Origin: an uncultured delta proteobacterium
Lineage (GTDB): Bacteria; Desulfobacterota; RBG-13-43-22
Assembly: GCA_963790475.1 (NCBI GenBank)
Contig: CAWBOS010000012.1
Span: forward strand, 320,001-384,000
Length of the DNA: 64,000 nt
Reading direction: 5' to 3'
A program made the position numbers and the translations under genes. Of this stretch, positions 37,903 to 47,939 are shown piece after piece. The notes beneath the pieces were generated by a model. That model saw only the letters and a program-made list of their open reading frames with translations, did not search any database and was not told the DNA's origin. The number at the start of each line of letters is the position of its first letter. Positions within the stretch are counted from its first letter, which is position 1.

Positions 37903-39006
37903 TTAAAGTCTAAAAACAGTACTGAAATATGTAAAAAGTTCTTCTTCTATTTTGAAAATATCATTTACCAGTGAAAGTGCTTTATCCGGTGTTTCAACTT
38001 TTGTAACAAAACTGCTATCGCTATGCATCATGAAATTCCTATATTGGTCAAGAGAAACACGTAATTTATCAAGATATGTGCCAACGTGTTTTTCTTTTGC
38101 GCAAATGGCAACATGTTTTGGGTCACTTTTGCTGTTTAATATAGAGAAATTCGCCGTTTTTAAGGAAAAATGATTTAGCGGCAATAACCCAATTGCAATT
38201 AACAGTTTTTTGCAAAAACCCTCAAATGCCTTAGAGGATGGCATAACAAAGGCTGAGTATTCAGGTAATACCACCTCTGAAAGACATAAGCATTTTGAAG
38301 CAATGAACCAATTTTTATCATGGAGATCCAGAAAATCATAGGAACCTTTGAGGCTTTTTATAACCTCATCTTCAGCGAGATTAATGAGGTCAGGTGTAGA
38401 TCTTGAAACGAAAAAATCTAAAGCGGATTGGTCTGCAGATACAAATCGAGCTGCAACATCCTTATTTGAGGGTTGAGCCATTTTTTCGATATGGTCACAA
38501 CAATTGTCGAAAAAGTAATCTGATTTCCCTTGCAGCATCAATCTGCCATTAGTGAATTGGGTTATGGTTATATTACCTTCGAGATTGGACAATTTAGACC
38601 TATAAGAAATATATTGGGAAGGAGAGTTTGTTGTAACACAATGTGGAGCTATTTGCGTCCAAGATGCTTTAATGCGATCTCTAATATCCATAATCATGAT
38701 ATCATAGGTTGCACTACATGCCTTTACTTCTGGAGTAGAAGTAATCGATGAAAATACTGGGTGATTCTCCAAACGCGATTTAAGCTCTTCCATTTCTTTA
38801 CGAAGTAGGTTCGGTTTGCCTTGAATGGATATCGGGCCTGTGGAAAAAATATTTATAATTGTCCTATCTGCAAGATTGGAAATATCAATCCTAAGTTTAT
38901 TTGGGTCTTTAGAATTCGATACAATTGCTAGTTGATATCCCTTTTGCTGACAATAAGTCTCTATTTCTTTATGAATTGATTCTTGTGTCGCATTAATTAT
39001 TGTCAT
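37903..39006 (-). CDS. RNase LS / RnlA(LsoA)-family HEPN endoribonuclease
   Basis: Two TBP-like repeats (IFSTGPISIQGK; TQFTNGRLMLQGK), LPEYSAFVMPSSKAFEGFCKKLL and an intact HEPN R-X4-H motif (YRNFMMH); AAGGAGG RBS. Confidence 0.82.
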   Translation of the reverse strand: MTIINATQESIHKEIETYCQQKGYQLAIVSNSKDPNKLRIDISNLADRTIINIFSTGPISIQGKPNLLRKEMEELKSRLENHPVFSSITSTPEVKACSATYDIMIMDIRDRIKASWTQIAPHCVTTNSPSQYISYRSKLSNLEGNITITQFTNGRLMLQGKSDYFFDNCCDHIEKMAQPSNKDVAARFVSADQSALDFFVSRSTPDLINLAEDEVIKSLKGSYDFLDLHDKNWFIASKCLCLSEVVLPEYSAFVMPSSKAFEGFCKKLLIAIGLLPLNHFSLKTANFSILNSKSDPKHVAICAKEKHVGTYLDKLRVSLDQYRNFMMHSDSSFVTKVETPDKALSLVNDIFKIEEELFTYFSTVFRL

Positions 39007-39394
39007 TTGGATAACCTCCTTTTAGCGATTTAATATGGGAAAGGGGACGTTCTCCACTTCATTCACTTTTGTTTAATGTCTTCATCTCTTGAACATTAAT
39101 GACTATTTCAGTTGTTCCACTCCAGTCTAGGTGGCAATCTCAATCATTGGTACCATACGCTAGGTTTTGGCTGACTTGATTATCAGCGGATTCCCCCCAA
39201 TCCGAACAAGCAGACACGTTTCTCTCCCCGCTCCTACTGCGACCTCCTTGAGTTCCGTCAGAGATAACAAAGTTTCTTGATTTAAGAAATTGAATGGCCG
39301 GCAGAAAATAACGGTTGATTGCTTGGGTGGATCTTTTGAGATATGGATCCGGACCATGAATCTCCTTAAGATCGTAAAGAAAGGTATTTGAAAG

Positions 39395-39586
39395 ATTAAC
39401 AGGTTGCTGAAAAAGGCCCATCTATCCCGCCAAAGGCGGGATTGCCCTCGTCCCACGCAGCCTTTTGGCGGGGCATGCTCATTGTCACGTACTTCAATGT
39501 ACGACTCATTCCTTGGGATTTCGAGCGCTTTGTATGTGAACCTTTTTGAACAACCTGTAATTTTGAGTTTTCAGCATCCTGTTAAT
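39395..39586. mobile_element. MITE-like element (~190 bp)
   Basis: Terminal inverted repeats ATTAACAGGTTGCTGAAAA / TTTTCAGCATCCTGTTAAT (18/19 match); no transposase. Confidence 0.75.
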
Positions 39587-39652
39587 GGTGGGAGAATTGT
39601 AGAATATAACTGGCTAATTTGTAAAGGATTTTATTTTCTTATTTTTTGATGC

Positions 39653-39687
39653 TTGACAAATATTAGCAAATTTGCTAACATTCTATC
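39653..39687 (+). promoter_or_regulatory. Sigma70 promoter and palindromic operator of the HigBA-like module (probably leaderless)
   Basis: TTGACA(39653)-17 nt-TAACAT(39676), ATG 6 nt later; perfect palindrome TTAGCAAATTTGCTAA at 39663-39678. Confidence 0.75.
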
Positions 39688-40011
39688 ATGAATTATTCGA
39701 TAGAATATTTCCATGCTCGCGTCAAAGCTGAGATAGAAAAATGGCCAGATGATTTATTGGCTGATTATGCGCGGATAGTGGAATTATTAATGGAATTCGG
39801 GCCAAATTTGCGAATGCCGCACTCGCGGGCTCTGGGTGGCGGCCTTTTCGAGTTAAGGCCTCGAGGGCGAGAGGGTATTGGACGGGCATTTTACTGCTTT
39901 ATCATCGGTCAGCGCGTTGTGATACTCCACGCTTTTTTGAAAAAAACACAGGATACCCCGGAACAAGAATTACGAATTGCCCGGAGAAGAATGAAAGAGG
40001 TACAGAAATGA
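39688..40011 (+). CDS. RelE/HigB-like (Gp49/DUF891-type) toxin
   Basis: MPHSRALGGGLFELRP...GRAFYCF...ILHAFLKKTQDTP. Confidence 0.88.
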   Translation: MNYSIEYFHARVKAEIEKWPDDLLADYARIVELLMEFGPNLRMPHSRALGGGLFELRPRGREGIGRAFYCFIIGQRVVILHAFLKKTQDTPEQELRIARRRMKEVQK

Positions 40012-40367
40012 CTGATTTAAAATATCAACCCGTTTCCCATGACCATACATCTTTCCTCAAAAAAGCCCTTAAGCGGAAAGGATTCAGGAAAGTCTACGAG
40101 GAATTGGAAGAAGAGTACGCCCTTACCCGGGAAATGCTTTCCGCACGCGCCAGATTCGGCTTAACCCAGGAAGCCGTTGCGGAGCTGATGGGAACGACCA
40201 AAAGTGCGGTTTCACGTTTGGAGGCATCCCACAAACATGCGCCATCCCTCGCAACCCTCAAGAAATATGCTCAAGCCGTCGGCTGTCGCCTTGAAATCAA
40301 GCTGGTTCCCACCTCCCGCTTAACCAAAGGCAAAACGCGTGCCGTAAAAAAACAGGCTGCTGGTTAG
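40008..40367 (+). CDS. XRE-family HTH antitoxin (HigA-like)
   Basis: GLTQEAVAELMGTTKSAVSRLE...PSLATLKKYA; ATGA overlap with the toxin. Confidence 0.88.
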   Translation: MTDLKYQPVSHDHTSFLKKALKRKGFRKVYEELEEEYALTREMLSARARFGLTQEAVAELMGTTKSAVSRLEASHKHAPSLATLKKYAQAVGCRLEIKLVPTSRLTKGKTRAVKKQAAG

Positions 40368-42345
40368 CCCATCTTCCGCAGTTTGGAGAAAAAATCAAGA
40401 AAAACGTGATGAATTTTTAGGAATTGTTAAATGATTTCAAATCCTGATCTTTGAAAATTGGATGTAGTGAAGACCACCCCCTTGCCAGGTGCTGTGGGAA
40501 CGGAGATAATGGGGTTATGTATCTCCGGCGTGCAACCAAAAAGAAAGGTGGAGCGGAGTACGAGAGCTGGCTTTTAGTTGAGTCGGTCCGTACTGCCCGA
40601 GGGCCCCGTCAGCGAGTAGTGGCGACGATAGGGAAACTTCCTGGCCTTGATCGGGAAGAGCGGATAGGTTGGGAGGAGATCGGACGGATTCTTTCCGGAA
40701 AGCCTCTACCTGGACCTGAACTGTTTGAGCAGGGGGAAGACCCCCCATCTTGGGCCACGGTCAATATCCATGGCGTAAGCGTCGAGCGACTCAGAGGCTT
40801 CGGCGATGTCTATTTGGGGTTGCTTTTGTGGAACAAACTGGGGCTTGCCAGGTTCTGCCGAGATCATATTCCTTCCAACCGGGAAGAGATTCCTTGGTCG
40901 ATCATGGCGTCTATTTTAGTTCTTGGACGCTTTTGCGCCCCATCGTCGGAATTACAGATGGCCGAGTTTTGGTATGGCAAGACGGCGTTAGACGATCTGC
41001 TGGGAGTGGCCGACTATAAGATCAATGAGGATCGGCTTTATCGTGCCCTGGATGCCTTGCTTCCCCACAAGGATGCCTTAAGCCGTCACCTTCAGGAGCG
41101 TTATGGGGAACTGTTCGGCAGTAGCTTTGATTTTTTGTTTTATGACATAACCTCCACCTATTTTGAGGGGACCGCCAAGGGCAATGCCCAGGCCAAGAGG
41201 GGTTACAGCCGGGACAGTCGTCCAGATTGTCCCCAGGTCTGCATCGGCCTGGTGGCCACCCGAGAGGGCTTTCCCATAGCCTTTGAGGTTTTTGACGGCA
41301 ATCGATGTCACGACGACCCAAGAGATGGTTCAGATGATGGAGGCCAAATACGGCCAAGCCAACCGGATCTGGGTTATGGATCGCGGCATGGTGAGTGAGG
41401 AGAATCTGGAGTTTATGCGCAAAGTCGGTGCCCGCTATTTGGTCGGCACCCCAAAAGTGATGCTGAAGAAGTTTGAGCAGCAGCTTTTCGAACAGAACTG
41501 GGAAGCGGTCCAACCTGATGTTGAGGTCAAGCTCTGTTGCTCGCCGGAAGGAACGGATGAAATCTTTGTCCTGTGCCGGTCTCAAGGCCGGAAGGAGAAA
41601 GAAAACGCCATTCTAAACCGCTTTTTGACCCGACTGGAAAGCCAACTGGATCACCTGGCCCGCCAGGCCGAAACCGGCAAGCTCCGAGACAAGCAGAAAG
41701 TCGAGCGGAGAATAGGGCGACTGCTGGAACAAAATAAACGTGCGGCCTCGTTGTTCAATATTACAGTCATAGAGACCGGTACCGGAAAAGACGCACCGCT
41801 TTCCCTAGAAGTCAAGAAGAACGAACAACGGCAACAGTGGGCCTTGGAGACCGGCGGTAGCTACATCCTGCGCACCAACTGGACCGAAAGTGACCCGAAA
41901 GTCCTATGGAACACCTACATCCAACTGACGGAAGTGGAAGATTCATTCCGTACCGAGAAACATGATCTGGGAATGCGACCGATCTTCCATCAAAAACAGG
42001 AACGGACCCAGGCTCATATCCTGGTCTGCTTCTTGGCGCTGACTATGTGGCGAACGCTCCAGCAATGGATGAAAGCCTCGGGACTCGGTACCGCCCCAAG
42101 AAAGCTGTTGGAGGAGTTGCGGGATTTGAAATCTTTGGATGTGCTACTACCGGCGCGGGAGAGAACCCTCCGGCTCAGAATGGTGGCTACTCCCTCAAAG
42201 GAACTCAAAGTGCTGCTTCAGAGATTGAAAATTCTGCTCCCCAACAAACCAAAAATTATTGAAAATGTAGTGAAGAAAATGCCCTAATTCTTGTCGTAAC
42301 TATTTGATATCGCGTCTTCCATGCTTTCTAACTGCGGAAGATGGG
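40368..42345 (+). mobile_element. IS1634-family insertion sequence (1978 bp)
   Basis: Perfect 16-bp IRs CCCATCTTCCGCAGTT / AACTGCGGAAGATGGG; TTAG duplicated on both flanks (40364-40367, 42346-42349). Confidence 0.9.
40517..42287 (+). pseudogene. IS1634-family DDE transposase, frameshifted near 41305
   Basis: LVESVR...GPRQR, YDITSTYFEG, GYSRDSRPD, VFDGN | VMDRGM, VEDSFR..K..L.MRPIFH, AHILVCFLAL. Confidence 0.88.
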
Positions 42346-42436
42346 TTAGCTTTCGGAATAGTGGCGACTTGGACGGTCGGGCTACGTCGCCATCAGCATG
42401 ATGCATGTGTGAATAACTGGGACGGCCCTTTTATTT

Positions 42437-43672
42437 TTATTTCCTTATCAGGCGGCCTTCGGCCATGACGGCCTTTGGGAACGCGGAAAGATGAAACGGG
42501 CTCTTATTCCACACGGTTAAGCTGGCCAGTTTGTTTTTTTCAATGGTGCCAAGAAGATTATCAATTCCCAATATCCTGGCATTGCAATAGGTGATAAGGG
42601 ACAGGGCCTTTTCTTCGGACATGCCGGCAATCAGAAAGTATTTCAGACTCTCGCGCAACAGGGGCGTCATAATCACCGGATGATCGGTCATGAGGCCATA
42701 AAAGGCCCTGGATTTCATGAGTAGAGCTGCGTTCTTGTAATTGTCGTTCTTGAGCTCCACTTTGTAGGGCAGAGAGCCCAGTGGCCCGTACACAACTCGA
42801 ATATTGTTATCAGCCAGCGCATTAAAAATCTCCGTGTGAAACACATCGCCGAGATGGTCAGCGGTGACGGTAAGGTCGTAATTCTTCACCAGCTCAATTA
42901 GATAGAGAATGTCGTCTTCCTTGTGAACATGGACTTTAACCGGTCTTTTATTCACCAGAATATCCAGGATGGCCTTGTCTTCGGTATCGAGTTCCAATAC
43001 CTGTTCCCTGTCAATCATGGCCTTTTCCGCGTCAACATCTTTTCGCGCCAATTTCTTTTCCTTGGCGCGCGCCTCAAGTTCCTTAAGTTTCTTTTCCTTG
43101 CCCAGTTCCGCCTTCTTATGCTTGTCCAAGACTTGGGAAAACTTCTTTTCTATGAGGGAATAAATGCCCATACGTGTATTGGGCCGCGCCCCTTTCCAAT
43201 CCCTTGTGGAGCGCGGATTGTACCCGAGCGCCATTTTATAACCATAATCTTTAAAGAGCGCCTCCTGACGATTCTGGGCGTAGTTCCGGATAATCATGGC
43301 TTTTCCGCCGAGCAAATTGCCGCTGCCCGGCACAATGCAGCTGTAGAGCACGCCGAAATCCACGGCTTCCGTAAAAGCGCGATCATCGAAGTAGACGCTG
43401 TTCAGCGGATTATTGAGGGGCAGAAATTGGTCCGCATGATCATTGCTTTCTTCTTCGCTTCCGGGTTCGCCGAACCTCACCATGCCGATATGCGAATGCG
43501 CGTCAATGAAGGCCGGGGTGACAACACCGGAAAAATCGGGACTTAGTTTTTTGTTTACCACATCAACGATTTTGTCGCCCTCCACGATGATGGAGATGTT
43601 CTCTTTCCGTGTTTTGCCGTCAAAGAGTGTTTCAGCGAAAATGATGGTTTGATTTTTCAAGGGAGCCTCCAT
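42437..43672 (-). CDS. Amidohydrolase family protein (imidazolonepropionase-like)
   Basis: PAFIDAHSHIG, PGSGNLLGG, KMALGYNP, HVH, TDHPV. Confidence 0.88.
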   Translation of the reverse strand: MEAPLKNQTIIFAETLFDGKTRKENISIIVEGDKIVDVVNKKLSPDFSGVVTPAFIDAHSHIGMVRFGEPGSEEESNDHADQFLPLNNPLNSVYFDDRAFTEAVDFGVLYSCIVPGSGNLLGGKAMIIRNYAQNRQEALFKDYGYKMALGYNPRSTRDWKGARPNTRMGIYSLIEKKFSQVLDKHKKAELGKEKKLKELEARAKEKKLARKDVDAEKAMIDREQVLELDTEDKAILDILVNKRPVKVHVHKEDDILYLIELVKNYDLTVTADHLGDVFHTEIFNALADNNIRVVYGPLGSLPYKVELKNDNYKNAALLMKSRAFYGLMTDHPVIMTPLLRESLKYFLIAGMSEEKALSLITYCNARILGIDNLLGTIEKNKLASLTVWNKSPFHLSAFPKAVMAEGRLIRK

Positions 43673-43714
43673 TCAGGATAATCAGCTTGCAAAAATCCAG
43701 GCAAAGCATGCGCG

Positions 43715-43954
43715 TTAATTTTCGATCTCTTGCTCGGCAAACCGTTCTCTTGATTCTCTAACCGACTCAAGAATGTCTTTTGTGGTTGCTTTGGTCCTTA
43801 TCCCTGGAACGTCAAAGGGTGATTTTGTACTTTTCCTAAAAATAATTGAAAAGATTTCTCCGCCTCTCCGCTTAATAACCACTTCTTCAGTTTTTGCGAT
43901 ATTAAGAACATCGGATAGGCGTTGTCTCGCTTCAGAATAGGTATATACTTTCAT
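43715..43954 (-). CDS. Phd/YefM-family antitoxin
   Basis: YTYSEARQRLSDVL...EEVVIKRR. Confidence 0.85.
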   Translation of the reverse strand: MKVYTYSEARQRLSDVLNIAKTEEVVIKRRGGEIFSIIFRKSTKSPFDVPGIRTKATTKDILESVRESRERFAEQEIEN

Positions 43955-43960
43955 AATAAT

Positions 43961-44350
43961 TTACTCCAAAATGGTAATTCCTATTTCCCGTGCAACTCTT
44001 TGCATCCCAAGGTCGAGGGTAAGCAGCGGGCCTCGGAGGTTAAAGGCGCATTCTAAAAAATAAGCATCATAGGCATATAAATTAAATTTTATCGTAATTT
44101 TTAAGGCCGATTTTATGTCGGTATGTCTCAAATCAACCGGTATCTGTTGCACAAGCTCCCACACTGCCAATACTTCATCTTTCTTCAAAGCGGTTTTTTT
44201 CATCATTGCTGTTAATGCATTTCCAATTTCGAAAGGCAATATATCAGGAGCAATTAAATCATGGCCTTCAGTAAGTCGAATGATTCTGCCTTTTTCGGGC
44301 TCGTTTAAGGCAACGGCTATGAAGATATTTGTGTCAGCTATTATTTTCAT
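43961..44350 (-). CDS. vapC: VapC-family PIN-domain toxin (toxin gene first)
   Basis: IIADTN...FEIGNAL...YAYDAYFL...LLTLD acidic PIN residues. Confidence 0.88.
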   Translation of the reverse strand: MKIIADTNIFIAVALNEPEKGRIIRLTEGHDLIAPDILPFEIGNALTAMMKKTALKKDEVLAVWELVQQIPVDLRHTDIKSALKITIKFNLYAYDAYFLECAFNLRGPLLTLDLGMQRVAREIGITILE

Positions 44351-44386
44351 GGGTACAATTGTACATGTTTATTTTTATTTTGTCAA
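44351..44386 (-). promoter_or_regulatory. Sigma70 promoter with palindromic operator for vapC-phd (probably leaderless)
   Basis: Minus strand TTGACA-17 nt-TACAAT-7 nt-ATG; palindrome GTACAATTGTAC at 44353-44364. Confidence 0.75.
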
Positions 44387-44413
44387 GCAGGTGGACTTTT
44401 TTCGAAACCATCA

Positions 44414-47400
44414 TTATTTGATCTCGAATTCCTTTTGTATTGCCGTAAAATATAGGAAAAGGCGGATGAGGGCCGGATCGAGGGAACGGGCGTGGGCCAG
44501 CATTTCCCGGTAGGCCAGCAATTGTTTCCGGTACAAGGCATCCTGCTCCTGAAAAAAAGATTCCACCGGCATCCTTTCCGGAAGAGGGGTGGTCTTATAA
44601 TCCACCAGGAACCACTCGTGGCCGTCAAAAATGATGCGGTCTATCACTCCGCTGCGTACCGTGCGTTCATCCAGCTGATCTTCCAGTGCCCATTCGCAGG
44701 CGGAAAAAGGTTGATCGGTGCGGAGGATATTGGCGCAGAAGGGCTCCTGTTGACAGGCGCTCACTTCTTCCAATATCGGGCCGGCCATGACTTGGGGCAC
44801 TTCCGGATCGATTCCTTCGGCAATCAGGGCCTGGACCACGGCCTTTTCCGTAGGAAGGCCCTTTCCCATCCCCAGGTGTTCCAGTATCCGATGGATAACC
44901 GTGCCTCGGGCCATTCCATAAGGCCCCTTGAATTCTTCCTGGAGGAATGTTTCGGTTTGGTCTGCTTCTTCCGGAAACAGGTCTTCTTCATGGAGTCCCG
45001 AAGGCAAAATAATTCGATAGGGAACCGGTTCGGAAACAAAGTCCAAAGGAAGGATATCTTCTTCCATCACGGGTTCACTCCCGGCCCTTGACCATCCGCG
45101 GCGGGCAAGGGTCATATTCGATTTCCAAAAATTTTTCTTTGCCGGGATGGTTTAAGAGGTACTCCATTAGGGAATGCTTCGGGGCCTTTTCCTCATCGTC
45201 CTTCCCCGAAAAAAGGCCGCTCAGGCAAAGGTTCTTTTTGGCCCTGGTCAGGGCCACATAATAGAGCCGCTTGGCCTCTCCCAGAGCGCGTTCTTTTTTT
45301 AAATCCTTCAACAATCCCAAAACCCCCGGATCATCTTGAGTCCGGCGATCCGGTCTTAACCCGATCAAATATTCTTCCCTTTCTCCGGGCAATCGCTCCA
45401 AAATATAGGGAAGCTCTTCTCTCTGGCTTCCCTCTAAGGGATTGCGGTCCAGGTGAGGCAGAAAGACGGTATCAAATTCCAGTCCTTTGGCATGATGGAC
45501 GGTCATGATGGTAACCTTGGAACGGGAAGCCAGGGGATCCGGCGGGGCATAAGCCGAAGCCAAAAGAAATTCCAGATGGGATAAGGTTTCTTCAGGCAGA
45601 CCTTTTTCGGCCTGAAACAGAAGTTGTAAAAATTGGCGGCAGTTTCGGACGCCGGACAGACCGTAACGCTCGGCCACCTGCTGTGGGCCCGATAATTCTT
45701 CCCAGATCTTCTGCACCACCCGGTTTAAGGGGAGACGGCCGACCTGGTTTTGATAATGCCTAAATACCTGTCCCAGATTTTTTACAGACTCCGGGGCTTG
45801 CGGCATTTGAGAGAAACTCACTGATTTTTTCGCCAAAGGATGACGCCGGAAGTCGGGAGATTTGAAGCAAATCATCCAATCCTACCCAACACCAGGCCGA
45901 ACGTACCAATGAGGCCCAGGCCAGATCATCCTGCGGTCGAACCAGAGATCGGGTCAGAGAAAGCAGGTCCTGAACCTCCGGCCGATCTTCAAGGTTGAGT
46001 CCTTCCTGGATCTGGACCTGTAATCCTTGCTCATAAAGGGCCTTGAGGTAAAGAGGCAGATGGGTGCGGGCAAAAAGCAGAATGCCTATAGATCCTGACC
46101 GGGGATCCTGATCGGCTTGGTTTACCGCCCCGGCTAACCAGGCCGCTTCCTTGAGCCGCGACTGATTGGAATCTTCTTCTTTACTGAAGAGGGCCAGCTT
46201 GATCTGGCCGGGATCCTTAGTCAACATTTCCGGGGCCGCTTGCGCTTCCAGGAAGGGGACCTCATCGGCTTCCAGGTTGGGAAGGGCCATAATGGTTTTG
46301 GAAAAAAGATCGTTGGTAAAGTCGATGAGTTCTTTTCGAGACCGGAAATTGGTGGTGATATAAACCGCTTTCAAAGGCAATAAACCCTGACCCGGCAGGG
46401 GAAGGCCGTTTCTGGCCTTCATGAAAAGAGAAACCTCGGCTTTACGGAATCCATAGATGGACTGTTTGGGATCACCGACGATAAAAAGGGTCCGTCCGTC
46501 ACCCCGGCTCCAGCCGGCACAAAGGTATTGGATAAGCAGCCACTGGTTCAAACTGGTGTCCTGAAATTCATCCACCAGGATATGGTTGATTCGTTGGTCG
46601 AGAATAAGCTGCAGGTCCGTGGGCGCCTCATCGCTGCCCAGGACCCGCAGGGCAGACTGTTCCAGCTCGACAAAGTCAATGACTCCGCGTTTTTGGCATA
46701 ACCGACGATAATGATCCACCACCTGACTGATCAGCAGGATCAAATCAAAAAGGAGTCCCACATCGACCGGGGATGTTTCCGGGGAGGGGAAAGTTTTGAT
46801 TTTGTGCAGCGATTCCAATATCGGTTGCGGCAGGGATTCCAGATACTCCGCCCAGGGTGTTTGTTTAAAACCGGAATAAAATCCCGTTTTGGGGCCGAAT
46901 TGTTTTCGTCCCGAACCGCTCTTGGTGGTGCACAGTTCGGCAATCCCCTGCCAGGCCGGAAGGGCTGCCCACTCGCCGCCGGGTACTTGGACAGGAATTT
47001 GAGCGGCTATGGCCGCCTCTTTGAGGATCAGATGTTGATAAAAAGAGCTCCAGTTCCGCCCGAGGTCGGTGGATTCCAGGTTCGCTTTTAAAATCTGAAG
47101 TTTCCGGTCAATCAAAAATCCCAATCGTTCTCTTAAAACCAGGTCCAGGTGTTCCGGGTCGGGATGTTCCTGGACCACCTTGAGCAGGTCGGTCAACCGA
47201 TCTCTCTGAACGGTTAATTGAGCCAGGTCGGAGGAAAGGGCCTTCCAGTTGTTATTGAAATAAAGAAGAATCCTTTCCAGGGCCTTTCGGGCTGGATCGA
47301 AAGGAGATAGGTCCATCAGAATCCGTTGAGTACGGCCGAGAGATTCCCGGATCAATTCATCCTGCTCTTCCTCGACCAGGATAACTGCTTCCAGGGGGAC

Positions 47401-47805
47401 CTGGGCTTCGACCGGGGCCTGTTTTATGATTTGGTTGCAGAAACTGTGAAAGGTCGTGATCTGCAGGCCGTCGGAGGCCTGAATCAGATGTTGATGGATT
47501 CTATGTTTCTTGAGGGCCTTCCGGGCGACTGTCAAGAGTTCGTTCATCCAGTCCGAATCAGCAACAGTTTCCTCCTCGGCCTGATGCAGGATACCCTGTA
47601 CCCTTTCCATCATCTCATTGGCTGCTTTATTGGTAAAAGTCAGGGCCAGGATTTCCCGGGGATCATTCACTTGAGCCAGCAAATGGATAAAACGGGAGGT
47701 CAACAAGGAGGTCTTCCCGGCCCCGGCCGGAGATTCCACATGGAAGCTTTCTTGGGGTGAAAGGACTTCTTTTCGTATGGAGAGATCTTGCAGTACCTCG
47801 GTCAT
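44414..47805 (-). CDS. AddA-like UvrD helicase/PD-(D/E)XK nuclease, split by two frameshifts (near 45810 and 45090)
   Basis: SPAGAGKT, LTFTNKAA, LVDEFQDT, VGDPKQSIYGFR, TNFRS | TVHHAKGLEFD, YVALTRAK | GVIDR, VDYKT, QLLAY across three consecutive ORFs. Confidence 0.88.
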
Positions 47806-47860
47806 TTTTTAATCCGAAATCTGGTCATTCGAGTCCTAAATTATCTTGAGAAAGTAATCC

Positions 47861-47939
47861 AAAGCTCACAGCTCGTAGCTCAAAGCTCATACTTCAAAGA
47901 AAAGGTTTTTGCTATCGGCTATGAGCTATCAGCTTTGAG
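47861..47939. repeat. 7-bp tandem repeats (AGCTCNN) in inverted arrangement
   Basis: aagctcacagctcgtagctcaaagctca ... gctatcggctatgagctatcagctttgag. Confidence 0.7.

Noticed and set aside
39140-39649. ORFs 39140-39421, 39160-39456 and 39404-39649 as the missing RnlB antitoxin
   Set aside because: They overlap the MITE and each other, lack an RBS and do not resemble small acidic RnlB/LsoB proteins
41283-41398. Programmed -1 frameshift in the IS1634 transposase
   Set aside because: No slippery heptamer at the break; IS1634 transposases are single ORFs; looks like a small deletion in DGNRxD
31720-44400. Prophage, ICE or complete integron
   Set aside because: No integrase, phage structural, conjugation or tRNA attachment-site features in the window
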